A DNA stretch of 64,000 nt, taken from the IMG/VR virus record IMGVR_UViG_3300014204_000110; one strand, given 5' to 3'. Positions 8,001-18,824 of the stretch are shown here, piece after piece. Under the pieces are notes generated by a model that did no database searches, had not been told where the DNA came from, and saw only the letters and a program-made list of their open reading frames with translations. This DNA comes from a virus. Taxonomy: Duplodnaviria > Caudoviricetes. The translations under genes were made by a program, and so were the position numbers. The number at the start of each line of letters is the position of its first letter. Within the stretch, counting starts at the first letter, position 1.

Positions 8001-8216
8001 TTACCAATTGTATCTTTTATGACAATATATGATTCCAATAGTCATACATATTGATCCAATTATAGTAGAATAAATAGCATTCCAATGCATATTTGTTTCA
8101 ATAGCAAACCCAAGAGCTACTAGAAATGCTGAAACACCAAATATAAAACTAAATAATCCTAAAGAATCTTTAATAAAAGTATAATCTTTTTTAACTAATT
8201 CTTTTTCTTTTAACAT
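8001..8216 (-). CDS. small two-TM membrane protein
   Basis: Two hydrophobic helices. Confidence 0.55.
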   Translation of the reverse strand: MLKEKELVKKDYTFIKDSLGLFSFIFGVSAFLVALGFAIETNMHWNAIYSTIIGSICMTIGIIYCHKRYNW

Positions 8217-8224
8217 AATATCTC

Positions 8225-9343
8225 CTATTCATATGTTCTTATTACAATTCCACGAGCATGACAAGGAATTAAATCTTTCGAAAAATATTGGAATCTTACT
8301 GTCAAAGGTTGACCAATAAGAGAATTAATATTATCTAACCATTCCTTTCTCTTACTACGACTACCTTTTGGTCTAACGTCAAACTCTTTACCTTCTTTAG
8401 TTTTACATCTAAATACAACGGTCCCAATATCATCACCGTCTGCACTTACACCACCAATAATTTCGAATTCATCCTCTAAGAAATCTTTTTTCTTGAGTAA
8501 ATCTATACTACGATGGTTAAATTTATAAAGTCCATGTTTATTTCTGATCATTGATCCTTCAAAACCAAGACTTGTAAATTGTTTATGATATTTTTCAATA
8601 TCTTCCATACATGTAACTTCATATGATGGAACTTCAACTAACTTTCCATATTTTCTAAATCCAAATTCATTTTTTTCTGTAGATTGGTTAAAAAACTCTT
8701 TAATAGTTTTATATCGATCGTCGTAGATTACTTCTTTTTTTGGAATATCAAATATCCAATATTCTAAATTTGGAGTATCTTTATTATATTTTTTACAAGC
8801 AGAAGTGATATCTTGTAATGGAAGACCGTGAAGATAAGCTTCACCATCTCCATTTTCTAATACTTTTAAAAGTTCTTTAGTATCTAGATGTAGATGTTCT
8901 AAAGCAGGATATTCTTTTCCTTTTTTAGATTTAAGTAGTATTTTATTATCTACTTCTTCTGAAGTTAATCTGTTACCATCAAGTTTTGGACTAATATATG
9001 CTGGAAGTACTATTTTATGAGCATATTTAGTTATATTTTGAGCTTTCATTGGTAATGGTACTGTGATATTTATATCTTCAATATCTTCTACATATCCTTC
9101 ATCAAGTTTTTTATTAAGTTTACTTTGAGCTTCATTAAGACCTTGTTGCCAAGGAGTGGTCTCATTACTTTTTCCAATATTGACAGATTTAATTTCTTTA
9201 GAAGATGTAGTTTGTTTACCATCTTGATATCCATGTGTAACTTCTAATGTTACGGTTTCTCCAGTTTTATTTACTTCACATTGCCATATTTTTGTCTTAT
9301 CATTAGAAGCTTTAGCATATATTGGACCAAATTGTTGTTTCAT
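8225..9343 (-). CDS. ATP-dependent DNA ligase
   Basis: SPKLDGNR (motif I), DGE, WIFD, FEGSMIR, LLKKK, OB domain; WGR-like N-terminus. Confidence 0.9.
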   Translation of the reverse strand: MKQQFGPIYAKASNDKTKIWQCEVNKTGETVTLEVTHGYQDGKQTTSSKEIKSVNIGKSNETTPWQQGLNEAQSKLNKKLDEGYVEDIEDINITVPLPMKAQNITKYAHKIVLPAYISPKLDGNRLTSEEVDNKILLKSKKGKEYPALEHLHLDTKELLKVLENGDGEAYLHGLPLQDITSACKKYNKDTPNLEYWIFDIPKKEVIYDDRYKTIKEFFNQSTEKNEFGFRKYGKLVEVPSYEVTCMEDIEKYHKQFTSLGFEGSMIRNKHGLYKFNHRSIDLLKKKDFLEDEFEIIGGVSADGDDIGTVVFRCKTKEGKEFDVRPKGSRSKRKEWLDNINSLIGQPLTVRFQYFSKDLIPCHARGIVIRTYE

Positions 9344-9351
9344 AATTATCC

Positions 9352-10011
9352 TTAATTAGTAAATAAACCTTTACTAAAACTTTCAAGTTTAATATCATCA
9401 TTTGATGTTGTTGATCGTGTACTCATATATCTTACTGAAGCAGTGTTAACATTATTCCACATATCTGTTGTTCCAGTAGAATCGCTAGAATATTTAAGTG
9501 AACTTCCTCCAGCTAAATTTAAAGTATATTTTACTACTGAAAGATCTTGATTAGCTCCGATGTAATTTATTGTCCATCGTTTTGTATCTAGACGTTCAGA
9601 GATCATTTCTGAAATTTGTTTACTGTTATATTCTACTGAACAGTTTTCTGCTCCATCACTTATGATTAAAATAACGTAAGTTGTAAAATCATTATCAATT
9701 ATGCTATTTTTCATTTCATTAAGTAATTTAGCAACACCGTCGTACATTGCTGTTGTACCATTAGGATTATAATCTTTATCTGTAAAATCAACGATGTTAT
9801 TTATAGGTGTAGCATTAAACACTGTAGAAATATTATCTCTACTTGAAAATTTAACAAGGGTAAGTGTGGTTTCAATGTCTGAAAACTTTTTATATTCTTG
9901 TATGTGTTCATTAAGTCCAGAAACCGTTTCTCGTCTGGAACTAGCCATACTACCACTTTCGTCTAGTGCAATGCCTATATGTACTATTTTTTTATCAGCT
10001 CTAAGATTCAT
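9352..10011 (-). CDS. vWA domain protein
   Basis: LDESGSM, PNGTTAMYD, IISDGAENCS, YIGAN; N-terminus MNLRAD. Confidence 0.88.
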   Translation of the reverse strand: MNLRADKKIVHIGIALDESGSMASSRRETVSGLNEHIQEYKKFSDIETTLTLVKFSSRDNISTVFNATPINNIVDFTDKDYNPNGTTAMYDGVAKLLNEMKNSIIDNDFTTYVILIISDGAENCSVEYNSKQISEMISERLDTKRWTINYIGANQDLSVVKYTLNLAGGSSLKYSSDSTGTTDMWNNVNTASVRYMSTRSTTSNDDIKLESFSKGLFTN

Positions 10012-10542
10012 TGTATGTCCTCCAATGTGTTTGTTAATTTATTTGTCATTTCTACTAATTTATTAGAATCATCTATTCTAAGATTAATAGTTTTTTTAAT
10101 GTTCATATATTTTTGAATATCATTTACTTGTTCTTTAATATCTTTAAGTACTTGTTGATTTGTTTGAACATATGAACTTATACAATTTCTAATTTGAGTA
10201 AGATATTCTATATTTATTTCTAATTGTTCAAATTTTCTTATTTTATTAGTTATTTCTTTTGAATAATTAACAGTATTATCTATATTATAACATCTATGAT
10301 CTAGCTCAATTATAACATCTATGATCTAGCTCATTAACATCTATTTTTAAACTTTGTATAGATTCTTGTATTTCTTTGTATTGTTCTTGATTCATATCTA
10401 GTTCTTTTAGTAATAAACTTTCTATGATTTCTGTACATATTGGACAAAATTCATCAGAATTATGTCTATCAAGGATACCTCTAAGTATTGTTTTATCATT
10501 TAGTGATATTCCTGGATGTGATGTTATAATATCTTTATTCAT
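10008..10542 (-). pseudogene. coiled-coil protein split by a 25-bp tandem duplication
   Basis: Removing one repeat copy joins ORF 10306-10542 in frame to an open stretch ending at TGA 10008-10010. Confidence 0.65.
10284..10333. repeat. 25-bp perfect tandem duplication
   Basis: attataacatctatgatctagctca x2. Confidence 0.95.
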
Positions 10543-10790
10543 TTTAAGTTCTCTAATGCGCATTTAATATTATCTAGATCATATAAAATGCCGTCAATCT
10601 TTTCTTTATTTAAGGCTGGTTCTTCATGTATGTCATAATCAAATTTAAGTTCTTGATTAAGTAATGCATCAATAATATCAGAGGCAATTGGTCCAAATTC
10701 ATCAGTATTATATTTAGATAAGATATTATATAATATATTTTTATTTTCAAGAGTTATTTGATTATTACATGATATGTATGATTTATTCAT
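10539..10790 (-). CDS. hypothetical protein, paralog of downstream gene
   Basis: ITLENKNILYNILSKYNTDEFGPIASDIIDALL vs ISLNDKTILRGILDRHNSDEFCPICTEIIESLL. Confidence 0.65.
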   Translation of the reverse strand: MNKSYISCNNQITLENKNILYNILSKYNTDEFGPIASDIIDALLNQELKFDYDIHEEPALNKEKIDGILYDLDNIKCALENLK

Positions 10791-10805
10791 ATAAATCCTT
10801 TATAA

Positions 10806-10891
10806 TGCGGAAGGCGAGATTTGAACTCGCATGAAGCAATTGCTTCCTAAGATTTTAAGTCTTATTTGTAAACCAATTCCAACACAACCGC
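10806..10891 (-). tRNA. tRNA-Leu(UAA)
   Basis: Anticodon arm UAAGA-CUUAAAA-UCUUA, long variable arm, T-arm GCGAG-UUCAAAU-CUCGC; two U.U mismatches in acceptor. Confidence 0.82.
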
Positions 10892-10897
10892 ATAAAA

Positions 10898-11200
10898 TTA
10901 TTTAAATATTATTCCAGTAGATTTTTCTTCTTCTTTTTTATCAAAATTATAAGTTTCTACATATTTTCTATTAGGATCAGTACCATTAGGAAATGTTTTA
11001 GTACTAGTAATGTTTATAGGAAATTCTTCAACAATTTCTTCAATTACTTTTATTTTAACTATTTTAACGTGTTCATCTAGATAATAACTACAAACATGTC
11101 TACTTCCATAACTAGCTTTACCTAGAGAAGTATAAAAATCTTGTTTACCAATAGAATTTCCATCTTTATTAATTATTCTATAAGTTATATATTCTTTCAT
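10898..11200 (-). CDS. hypothetical protein
   Basis: ORF, probable start MKEYI. Confidence 0.55.
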   Translation of the reverse strand: MKEYITYRIINKDGNSIGKQDFYTSLGKASYGSRHVCSYYLDEHVKIVKIKVIEEIVEEFPINITSTKTFPNGTDPNRKYVETYNFDKKEEEKSTGIIFK

Positions 11201-11750
11201 ATTAATTATAGTTAATTTCTGCAAATTTTATTGGTTTTGTAGATTTATGTTTTACATCAATACGTCGTTTAGCTAGACCACCAACCATGAGTTCATGTCC
11301 ACCAATGAATTGATGAACATCATGCATCAGTTTTTGTAGGTCTTCTTGTTTTCCAATGAGATCGAATTTTGTTGTTTTTTTGTACAGGATTACTTTTTTG
11401 CTTTTTATTTCTTTCATTTAAAACCTCCAGTTTTAGGTAATTAGATATTAAAAATTGTCTTGTTACTATGTATCTTACTGTTGTATTTATTTTACGAACT
11501 AAAAGTTTATTTATTTTTATAAAAGTGATTATAACATTATCTACTTTATTAGTTTTATTTACTAAGACATCACCAACTTTTAGTTTCATATAATGTCCTT
11601 GTTAAATTATTTATTCTTCTTGATAGGTTGTATCTTTCTTAGGTTTTTCTAGTTTATTTTGTTTTCGAAGTCTTCGAGATCTAGAAATAGGATCTTCGTC
11701 TTCTTCATTTAAAAGAAGATCCAATTCTTCTGGAGAAACCTTTGGCATAC

Positions 11751-12464
11751 CTAACCTTTCTGTTGAAACATTTTACGTTTAAATGCACTTCTGTGACATT
11801 CGCAAAATTGTGGATATACAGATTGTCTTGAGTCATAAGTAATTAAAAAAGTATTAGAACATCTATTATTTAATTTATTTAAAGCATGGCATCGTATTTT
11901 AAGGCTTTGACCATTATGCAATCTTTTTTTATATTTAATTGATAGTATGATATTTTTACCATCAGGATCTGATAAAACAGATCTTGGAATACTTTTATTA
12001 TATAATTGTCGAGCTTCAATACATCTGATATCATCACAATATTTTTTTGTACCAATACCCATAAAAGTATTTATACATCCTACAAACTTACATATTTTAA
12101 GTCTTTTTTGATTTTTTGTAGGCCTTATATGTATTGGTGGATATCCACGTAGATTTAATATTTTTCCAGATTTATTTCTGTATTTTTCGAGATATATATT
12201 ATCGATTTCAAATTCTCCTGATAAAAGTGCATTTATACGTTCAAGATGTTTATTACATACTTCATAACCTTGAATAGATATTCCATCATGCTTAAGTTTT
12301 CCAGTTATACAAAAATATGCTTGTGCTGGTTCATCACAAAACATACAAGTTTTACTTGTTATATCTAAACTATTTCCTCTTACAACTTGAACAACACATT
12401 CCATTTTGTTCCTCAAATATCTTTCCGTAAGTATCTTCCCAATATTTGCGATATTTTGCTGCAA
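11751..12464 (-). CDS. Cys-rich putative zinc-binding protein
   Basis: CMFC, C..H, CKFVGC, CDDIRC, C..C..FCECH. Confidence 0.6.
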   Translation of the reverse strand: MQQNIANIGKILTERYLRNKMECVVQVVRGNSLDITSKTCMFCDEPAQAYFCITGKLKHDGISIQGYEVCNKHLERINALLSGEFEIDNIYLEKYRNKSGKILNLRGYPPIHIRPTKNQKRLKICKFVGCINTFMGIGTKKYCDDIRCIEARQLYNKSIPRSVLSDPDGKNIILSIKYKKRLHNGQSLKIRCHALNKLNNRCSNTFLITYDSRQSVYPQFCECHRSAFKRKMFQQKG

Positions 12465-12648
12465 ATTTTTCTATCCATTCACAGCATGCTTGATCCTGAA
12501 GATCATGTCCACATTTTTCACTTTCAATCCATTTATGAATTTCTATTTCTTTTTTTTGATCTTCTAGAAACTTTTTAAACTTTGCGTCATTAAGTAACTT
12601 ATGTTTTAAAGTTTTACTTTTTTTATAGTTTTTTACCAACATACTCAC
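12370..12648 (-). CDS. conserved hypothetical protein (HKW.ESEK.G.D motif, DUF4032-like)
   Basis: EIEIHKWIESEKCGHDL...EWIEKFAAKYR. Confidence 0.55.
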   Translation of the reverse strand: MSMLVKNYKKSKTLKHKLLNDAKFKKFLEDQKKEIEIHKWIESEKCGHDLQDQACCEWIEKFAAKYRKYWEDTYGKIFEEQNGMCCSSCKRK

Positions 12649-13077
12649 CTCATGGTTTTAAAACTATTGTTTCGTTGTTATATTTGAATATAGCACAATA
12701 TTTAACTGATGGTCTTAGCATTTCTAATACTGGAAAATCAAATATTGTAAGTTCTTTAGGTTTTTTATTACAACCTATTCTTATATCATCTTTATATAAA
12801 ATTATTGTCATATTTATCCTTAATCGTAAATTATTATTTTAATTGGAATGTCATTTTTATAAATTATTTCACATATACATTTATATTTATACTCAAGTAA
12901 AAAGTTTTTGTCTTTACATTTTTCTATAAATTCGTTATAATTAAATATTTGTTTCATAAATATCCATATATTAATATAAGAAAGGAAAGAGCACTAACTT
13001 ACCTAGGTTTTGTTTTTTTGACGTTCAGTTCCCATTACTGACTTGTAGTGTTTTTGTTTTAATCCTATATTATATTA

Positions 13078-13926
13078 TTATTTTAAATAGTTATCTGTAG
13101 TATCTATTTTAACATTATATTTAGCTAGAAAGCTATGAAACTTTTTCTTAAGTTCAGGTACTGCTCCTACAGCAGCTGTTCCATCACTTAGAAATACCAT
13201 CTTTTTAGCAATCTGTTGAGCAATAGCATCATCTCCTTGAGATATCTGAAGAATAAAATCAACGAAACTATTCATAAGACAATAATCTTCTGCAAGACCA
13301 GCCCAAGCGAGTTCATCTAGATTGTTAAGAGAATTAATAAGAAACATATTTACATCAGTAGATGGATCACTTGCATCTGGTACTTCAGCTTTAAATACAG
13401 AAAAATGTTCAGCAAATATATTAGATCCTTTTGTTGTCTTATTTATTGGACGATTTTTAAGATCTTCCCATTCACATAAAGCTTTATATAAATTAGCTTG
13501 AATAGACATACCATCTGTTCCAATAAGACAATGTTCTGTCCATATTGTATGTTCAATGCGTTCAAGACCAAGCTTTTCACGTTCGTTATTTCTAACTGCT
13601 AGGTCTTTGATATACTTCTGTTGTCTACTTTGCCATGCTGGATTAGAAGCTCTCCAGATTGCTGTAGGACCTATTATATCGCTTTCTTTCATTTGAGTGA
13701 TGAATGGATCAGGATTTTTTCCTTGAGCGTTAATCCACATCCTAGGATGTCCTATATGATGTCTATGGTGTGCGTCTAGAGTGATATCGATACTAAATAA
13801 ATCTTTCTTTACTCTCTTAATCATATCTGCAACTCGATCAAGAGCGTCATTACCACCAGTTACAGCTAGTTTACCACCTTCACAGAAATCTACTTGAGGA
13901 TCAATAACAATAAGTCCTACTTTCAT
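13078..13926 (-). CDS. pncA: nicotinamidase (isochorismatase family)
   Basis: VIDPQVDFCEGGKLAV, TLDAH...H, WTEHC, TKG, AGLAEDYC. Confidence 0.85.
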   Translation of the reverse strand: MKVGLIVIDPQVDFCEGGKLAVTGGNDALDRVADMIKRVKKDLFSIDITLDAHHRHHIGHPRMWINAQGKNPDPFITQMKESDIIGPTAIWRASNPAWQSRQQKYIKDLAVRNNEREKLGLERIEHTIWTEHCLIGTDGMSIQANLYKALCEWEDLKNRPINKTTKGSNIFAEHFSVFKAEVPDASDPSTDVNMFLINSLNNLDELAWAGLAEDYCLMNSFVDFILQISQGDDAIAQQIAKKMVFLSDGTAAVGAVPELKKKFHSFLAKYNVKIDTTDNYLK

Positions 13927-13929
13927 ATT

Positions 13930-14406
13930 TTACTCCTTAAGTTTATAGGTTAAATTAAAAGTATCTTTTTCAATACGATAAATATCATCAACAGTATCTG
14001 GAACTTTGCAAATATAATCTCCAAAATTACATATCATTTCTTCATTCCAAGGAGCTAAAAAAGTAATAGATTCTCCAATATATTCAAAAGCATCAGTTTC
14101 ACCTTTTGGGATTACTATAAGCCATATATTATTGTTGTATGTGATTTGTGCTTTAGTATTTATATATCTATTATTAAAAACTTTTTCTGTTATTAAATAT
14201 GTTTCGTTTTTACCATTAACTGTAATATTTTGAATAACACAATTAAATTCATTATTAGATATATTAGTTGTTTCTATTTTATTATCTAGAACTGAAACTA
14301 TTAATTCATTAGGTAATGCTTTTCGATATATAAATTTTCCAGATTTAGCATACCTTTTTGTTTGATTAGAGTTAAATAAATTAATTAATTCAGTTTTAGA
14401 TAACAT
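13930..14406 (-). CDS. PGDYG-like protein
   Basis: APWNEEM...GDYI...DIYRIEKDTF..TY. Confidence 0.55.
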   Translation of the reverse strand: MLSKTELINLFNSNQTKRYAKSGKFIYRKALPNELIVSVLDNKIETTNISNNEFNCVIQNITVNGKNETYLITEKVFNNRYINTKAQITYNNNIWLIVIPKGETDAFEYIGESITFLAPWNEEMICNFGDYICKVPDTVDDIYRIEKDTFNLTYKLKE

Positions 14407-14407
14407 G

Positions 14408-14812
14408 TTAAACTCCTATAGTTTTTTGTTTATACCAATTAAATTGAATTGAAGTTTCTTTTTTATGACAATTAGAACACATAATTTTACATTTAGATAT
14501 TTCTTTTTTTATTGTATCTAAACTCATATTTAACATGTGTGATATTACATATTTTTTATCTCTAAGATGATGAAATTCTAGACATCTTATATCTTTTTCA
14601 CCACATTTACATGGATTTTCTAAAAGATATTGAATTAAGAAATTCTGATTATGTTCAACTGTTTTAATTAATGATATTTTTCTTAATTTTTTAACAATAG
14701 GATTCAAACGTTTAATTCTATATTCTTCATTATAACACGTTTTACATTTTGCTGATCTACTATTAAATTCATCTTTAAATTTCCAGTCATTACATTTTTT
14801 ACATAATTTCAT
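14408..14812 (-). CDS. HNH endonuclease
   Basis: CKKC, LEFHHLRDK, EISKC.IMCSNCH; paralog of 4919-5323. Confidence 0.85.
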   Translation of the reverse strand: MKLCKKCNDWKFKDEFNSRSAKCKTCYNEEYRIKRLNPIVKKLRKISLIKTVEHNQNFLIQYLLENPCKCGEKDIRCLEFHHLRDKKYVISHMLNMSLDTIKKEISKCKIMCSNCHKKETSIQFNWYKQKTIGV

Positions 14813-14814
14813 GG

Positions 14815-15258
14815 TTATATATCATTTGAAGTTAATAATCCACTACATAAGAGATCTACTAGACGCGAATTTAAGGCATCACGTTCTAATTTATAACAAT
14901 CATCACATAATGTTTGTATCCAATCAAGATCTTTTCTTAATTTCCCAGATTTTCCATCATTTTCACATAGTGTATAAGATAATTGTTCAAATTGATTAAG
15001 TTGCCAGAATATTTTATTAAATATATCTTCCCATTCTTCTTTGGATAAATTTTCTTTTAATTTATCATAATTTAGATTTATTCTTAATCCACCTAATTTT
15101 TCTTTTATTTGAAATATTTCGATAAGTTTTTTTGTATCAATATCTGATAAGAAAGATAAAGTTAGATATATTAAACTATTCCATCCAGAACCGCATTCAA
15201 ATTTAAAATTATCTAGAAACATATATTTGTATTTATCTATAATTTCTTTTTCTGTCAT
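14815..15258 (-). CDS. conserved phage hypothetical protein
   Basis: FECGSGW, QIKEKLGGLR, W..TLCDDC. Confidence 0.7.
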   Translation of the reverse strand: MTEKEIIDKYKYMFLDNFKFECGSGWNSLIYLTLSFLSDIDTKKLIEIFQIKEKLGGLRINLNYDKLKENLSKEEWEDIFNKIFWQLNQFEQLSYTLCENDGKSGKLRKDLDWIQTLCDDCYKLERDALNSRLVDLLCSGLLTSNDI

Positions 15259-15575
15259 TAATCTTTCCTTAAATTTATATTTTTATATTTTGATATTATA
15301 TGATTATTTAAAAAAACTATATGAGCTTCTCCTCTATTCCAATCTCTATAAGATTCACTTATTAGTTTATATGAATATTTTCCAGTTAAAGATTTAAGTA
15401 TATTATCATCTATTGATTCTAAATTTTTTATAGTTGCTGTTCTTTCAGAAAATCTATTTCCATCAAGTAATGATATTAATTTTAATTCAAAAAAATTTAT
15501 CTGAGATAACATATAATAATTATAAAATGTATCTATTTCAAAAATATTTCCTATTTTATACATATTATTTTCCAA
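15258..15575 (-). CDS. hypothetical protein
   Basis: 105 aa ORF ending in NINLRKD. Confidence 0.55.
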   Translation of the reverse strand: MENNMYKIGNIFEIDTFYNYYMLSQINFFELKLISLLDGNRFSERTATIKNLESIDDNILKSLTGKYSYKLISESYRDWNRGEAHIVFLNNHIISKYKNINLRKD

Positions 15576-15758
15576 ATATTTTTCTTATTAATGCTATAAT
15601 AATATGAACGCTTCCAAAAAACAATATCATAATATTTAGAATTATTAATTTATATATATTTATACAAAGTTTATTTATAAAATTTCCAATATTACTACCT
15701 AGATTGTCACAAAATTCAACTGAACGATCAAATTTAGCTTTATCAGAATTAGTAAACA

Positions 15759-16049
15759 TTACTTTTCCTTTGGATAGTTATGAGTTCCTGGAGTAAATTT
15801 TGGTATTTTAGAAGTATCACCAAGTACACGAACGTAATCTCTTGTTATATCAAAAGATATTATAAGATCAAACTTTTTACCTTTTCTACTTTTATATTCT
15901 ACATCAATCCAATAACCTTTAAAAGTTCCTGTTTCTGACCATTGTTTAGTTATAACAATACGATCAGGATCTTGAGTTTTTCCTTCTTTTAGATTATTAC
16001 CAATTACTTTATAAACGTATTTTGTACATTCTGGTATTGTAAGTTTCAT
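15759..16049 (-). CDS. hypothetical protein
   Basis: 96 aa ORF. Confidence 0.55.
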   Translation of the reverse strand: MKLTIPECTKYVYKVIGNNLKEGKTQDPDRIVITKQWSETGTFKGYWIDVEYKSRKGKKFDLIISFDITRDYVRVLGDTSKIPKFTPGTHNYPKEK

Positions 16050-16062
16050 AAGATTTTCTATA

Positions 16063-16135
16063 ACTCCTGTAATGGATTTGAACCATTGATGATAGTTTTG
16101 CAGACTATAGACTTAGGCCACTTGTCTAACAGGAG
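16063..16135 (-). tRNA. tRNA-Cys(GCA)
   Basis: CUCCUGU/ACAGGAG, AUAGU-CUGCAAA-ACUAU, U discriminator. Confidence 0.92.
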
Positions 16136-16243
16136 ATGTTAAATATTTAGTAAAACGTAGCTTACTCAAGGCTACTGGCTTAACTTATATTTATATATCT
16201 ATAAATATCATGTATGCTTATGTACATCATATAGAGTATTTTA

Positions 16244-16666
16244 CTAAATATTATATTCTGAGATTGCTGGAATTTTGGTATTTTTCATAAATGACATAGT
16301 AACTCCATTTGATACTGGTCTTGTAGATTGAACTTTTGCTTCAATAAATGTACATACTTTTACTGGACTTGAAAGTTGAAACATTTCAGCACTTTTTGCT
16401 ATTACACTATCAAATGAAGAACAAATAGATCTTGGAAGATATTCTTTAATTTCAAATGGTTTGAAATATTTAATATCAATTGTATTAAGAGCATCTGTTT
16501 TACGTTTAGATGAGTCTCTACCAGTTTTACGACAGAAGTTATCATTTAAATGTGTAATTGAAAATCCTACCAGAAGTCTGTCATCTGGAGTTTTTTTGAT
16601 ACAATAACTATGAGCCAATGTATCTTTATTATCTTCTCTTACATGAAAATACAGTTCATCTTTCAT
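16244..16666 (-). CDS. hypothetical protein
   Basis: 140 aa ORF, D.FCRKTGR motif, AAGGAG RBS. Confidence 0.65.
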   Translation of the reverse strand: MKDELYFHVREDNKDTLAHSYCIKKTPDDRLLVGFSITHLNDNFCRKTGRDSSKRKTDALNTIDIKYFKPFEIKEYLPRSICSSFDSVIAKSAEMFQLSSPVKVCTFIEAKVQSTRPVSNGVTMSFMKNTKIPAISEYNI

Positions 16667-17076
16667 TTTGTCTCCTTTTGAGTATTAGTTAATATGTTTA
16701 AATCTTGTGTACTTGCTGTTATAATACTAGAATTTATTAACTGCTTTAATCTAGCATGATTATATGTTCTATCTATTGCTTGTTTACTATCTTCTTTTTT
16801 AATTATATTATTATCAATAATAACATAGTTATATTTAATTATGTATATATTTCTAATTGTATCATTTATTTTAAATCCTAATGGAAGAATACAAGCTATA
16901 GCTATAAATAAACTTGCTACTCCAGATACTAACCATTTTGTAAGTTTATAATAATATAATTCTTCACCTTCAAGTTGTTTAGCTACTTTAAGTTTTTCAA
17001 GTTCAAGTATTTTATCTTCTGAAAGGTATTTATATGCATTTTTATCTTCTTTATTATGTCTAAGATTTAAGTTCAT
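16663..17076 (-). CDS. single-TM membrane protein (MNLNLR N-terminus)
   Basis: Hydrophobic WLVSGVASLFIAIACILPLGF. Confidence 0.6.
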   Translation of the reverse strand: MNLNLRHNKEDKNAYKYLSEDKILELEKLKVAKQLEGEELYYYKLTKWLVSGVASLFIAIACILPLGFKINDTIRNIYIIKYNYVIIDNNIIKKEDSKQAIDRTYNHARLKQLINSSIITASTQDLNILTNTQKETK

Positions 17077-17585
17077 AAAAGCTCAATTGGTTTAAAGATT
17101 GTATTAGTTTTAAAAGTTTTTATAAACTCAGTTTTTATTGTAAAAGTATAACCTTTTCCAATGCAACCAAAAAGACCATAACTTTTCCAATCACAAATTC
17201 CAGAATTAGTTTTAGCTTTAAGTTTTGTATTACATTCATATGGATTTGTACTATGTCCTCCACAAAGTGGACATACAAACTTACCACTTGGAAATTTAAG
17301 TTTAAAATCTTCAAGAGTTTCAAATATTGCTATATTATCTATTCTTGGAAAGTTAGCTCTTTGATAATAATTTAAAGACCAATATGTTCGGTTACTTTCA
17401 AGTGCATCTAGAATAATATTTTTATCTATTCCTGTATGATGACTATAATGAGATATTAAACCATTAACGAATTTTATTAATTTTAAAGATTCTTTTTGTT
17501 CGTAAAATTGTACTTTATGATATTTTAAATTTGAACGAAAAGCATCTTTTCTTATTTGACTTAAAAGTTCTTTTGTTGTTTTCAT
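17073..17585 (-). CDS. conserved phage Zn-binding protein
   Basis: [35 protein letters not shown]. Confidence 0.7.
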   Translation of the reverse strand: MKTTKELLSQIRKDAFRSNLKYHKVQFYEQKESLKLIKFVNGLISHYSHHTGIDKNIILDALESNRTYWSLNYYQRANFPRIDNIAIFETLEDFKLKFPSGKFVCPLCGGHSTNPYECNTKLKAKTNSGICDWKSYGLFGCIGKGYTFTIKTEFIKTFKTNTIFKPIELL

Positions 17586-18256
17586 AATGTTATAAATTTT
17601 GGTATAAAACCACCTTGAGTACAACCAGGAACTGGAATAAGATTATCACCTTTAACGTCTACGTTGTTTAACTTAGACATATTTTGATACCAAGTTTTTT
17701 TATATTCTTCTGATATTTTACCAAGTTCAACTAGAATATGATACCCACCACGAGTTTGAAGAACATTAAGACAATCTTTATTAATACAATCAAGTTTTAT
17801 ATCTTCAAGTTTAATGTTATCAAAATCGAAATCTATAAAGATTTTACGACTACAAGCTTTATGTATTTCACTTAAAACTTCTTGTTGTGGATTATATCCA
17901 CCATAAGGTTTAGAAATAAGCTCTGCAAGCTTTACTAGGCTTTTCTGAGCAGCCTTCTCTAGACTACGAGGGTTTGGATTGATATACAATACAAGAGCTT
18001 CTTGAGGTATTATGTTATGTTTCTGAAAGTATCGTCCTTTAGGTATCTCAAGCTGAGATATCTTTTCATATAAAAATTCTTTTGTAGAAGTGAATCTTTT
18101 AAGTTGAGATTTATCACTTTTTACATAAGAAACTGTTTGACAATACTTTTTACGTGCAAAGAGACAACAATAAAAGACTTCTCCATGCTGTAACTCTGGA
18201 AGCCAGTCTATGAAATCTTTAAAAAGTGGTTCATCTAGAATAATTTTGTAATTCAT
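17582..18256 (-). CDS. putative AEP primase-polymerase-like protein
   Basis: IFIDFDFD (DxD) and TRGGYH motifs; start MNYKI at 18256. Confidence 0.5.
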   Translation of the reverse strand: MNYKIILDEPLFKDFIDWLPELQHGEVFYCCLFARKKYCQTVSYVKSDKSQLKRFTSTKEFLYEKISQLEIPKGRYFQKHNIIPQEALVLYINPNPRSLEKAAQKSLVKLAELISKPYGGYNPQQEVLSEIHKACSRKIFIDFDFDNIKLEDIKLDCINKDCLNVLQTRGGYHILVELGKISEEYKKTWYQNMSKLNNVDVKGDNLIPVPGCTQGGFIPKFITL

Positions 18257-18280
18257 AATATCCTCAAAAAAATTAAAAAT

Positions 18281-18313
18281 AAAAATGGGTAAGACCATTG
18301 CTGATCTTACCCA
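18281..18313 (-). terminator. intrinsic terminator
   Basis: GGGUAAGAUC-AGCAAU-GGUCUUACCC followed by U-run. Confidence 0.75.
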
Positions 18314-18824
18314 CACCGCGACAGAACACATTCTATGGATCAATCACTGTACTGGATTTCTACAGTTTATTATAGGATTAGGCCCTTACCTGGAATCATC
18401 GTATTTTGACCAGTTATCTTCCTAACTTTAGTTTATACCTTTATAGCAACCATTACAACTACATACGATCTATTGTATTATCCACTATAAAAACATAAAC
18501 AACCTATTGTCCTGTGAAAGGTCATTCTCTATAAATTTTACCATTTTTATCATACCAAGTATATAAAGTACTTGATCTAAATAAATGAGTTAAGAAATCA
18601 TTATCATCTACTAAACCAAGTATAAATTTAGTAGTTATGTATTTTCCAGTATATGGATCATGTATTTTGTTTACCATAAACGCATTATACTTTAATTTTT
18701 TACCAATGTATATTGGTATTTTACTTCTAGAGATAAACTTCTTTTTAAGTCGGTTCATTCTTATAGGAAACATTAACCATTTGATAAATTTATTCATTAT
18801 TTTTACCTTTATTAGTTTAAATAA

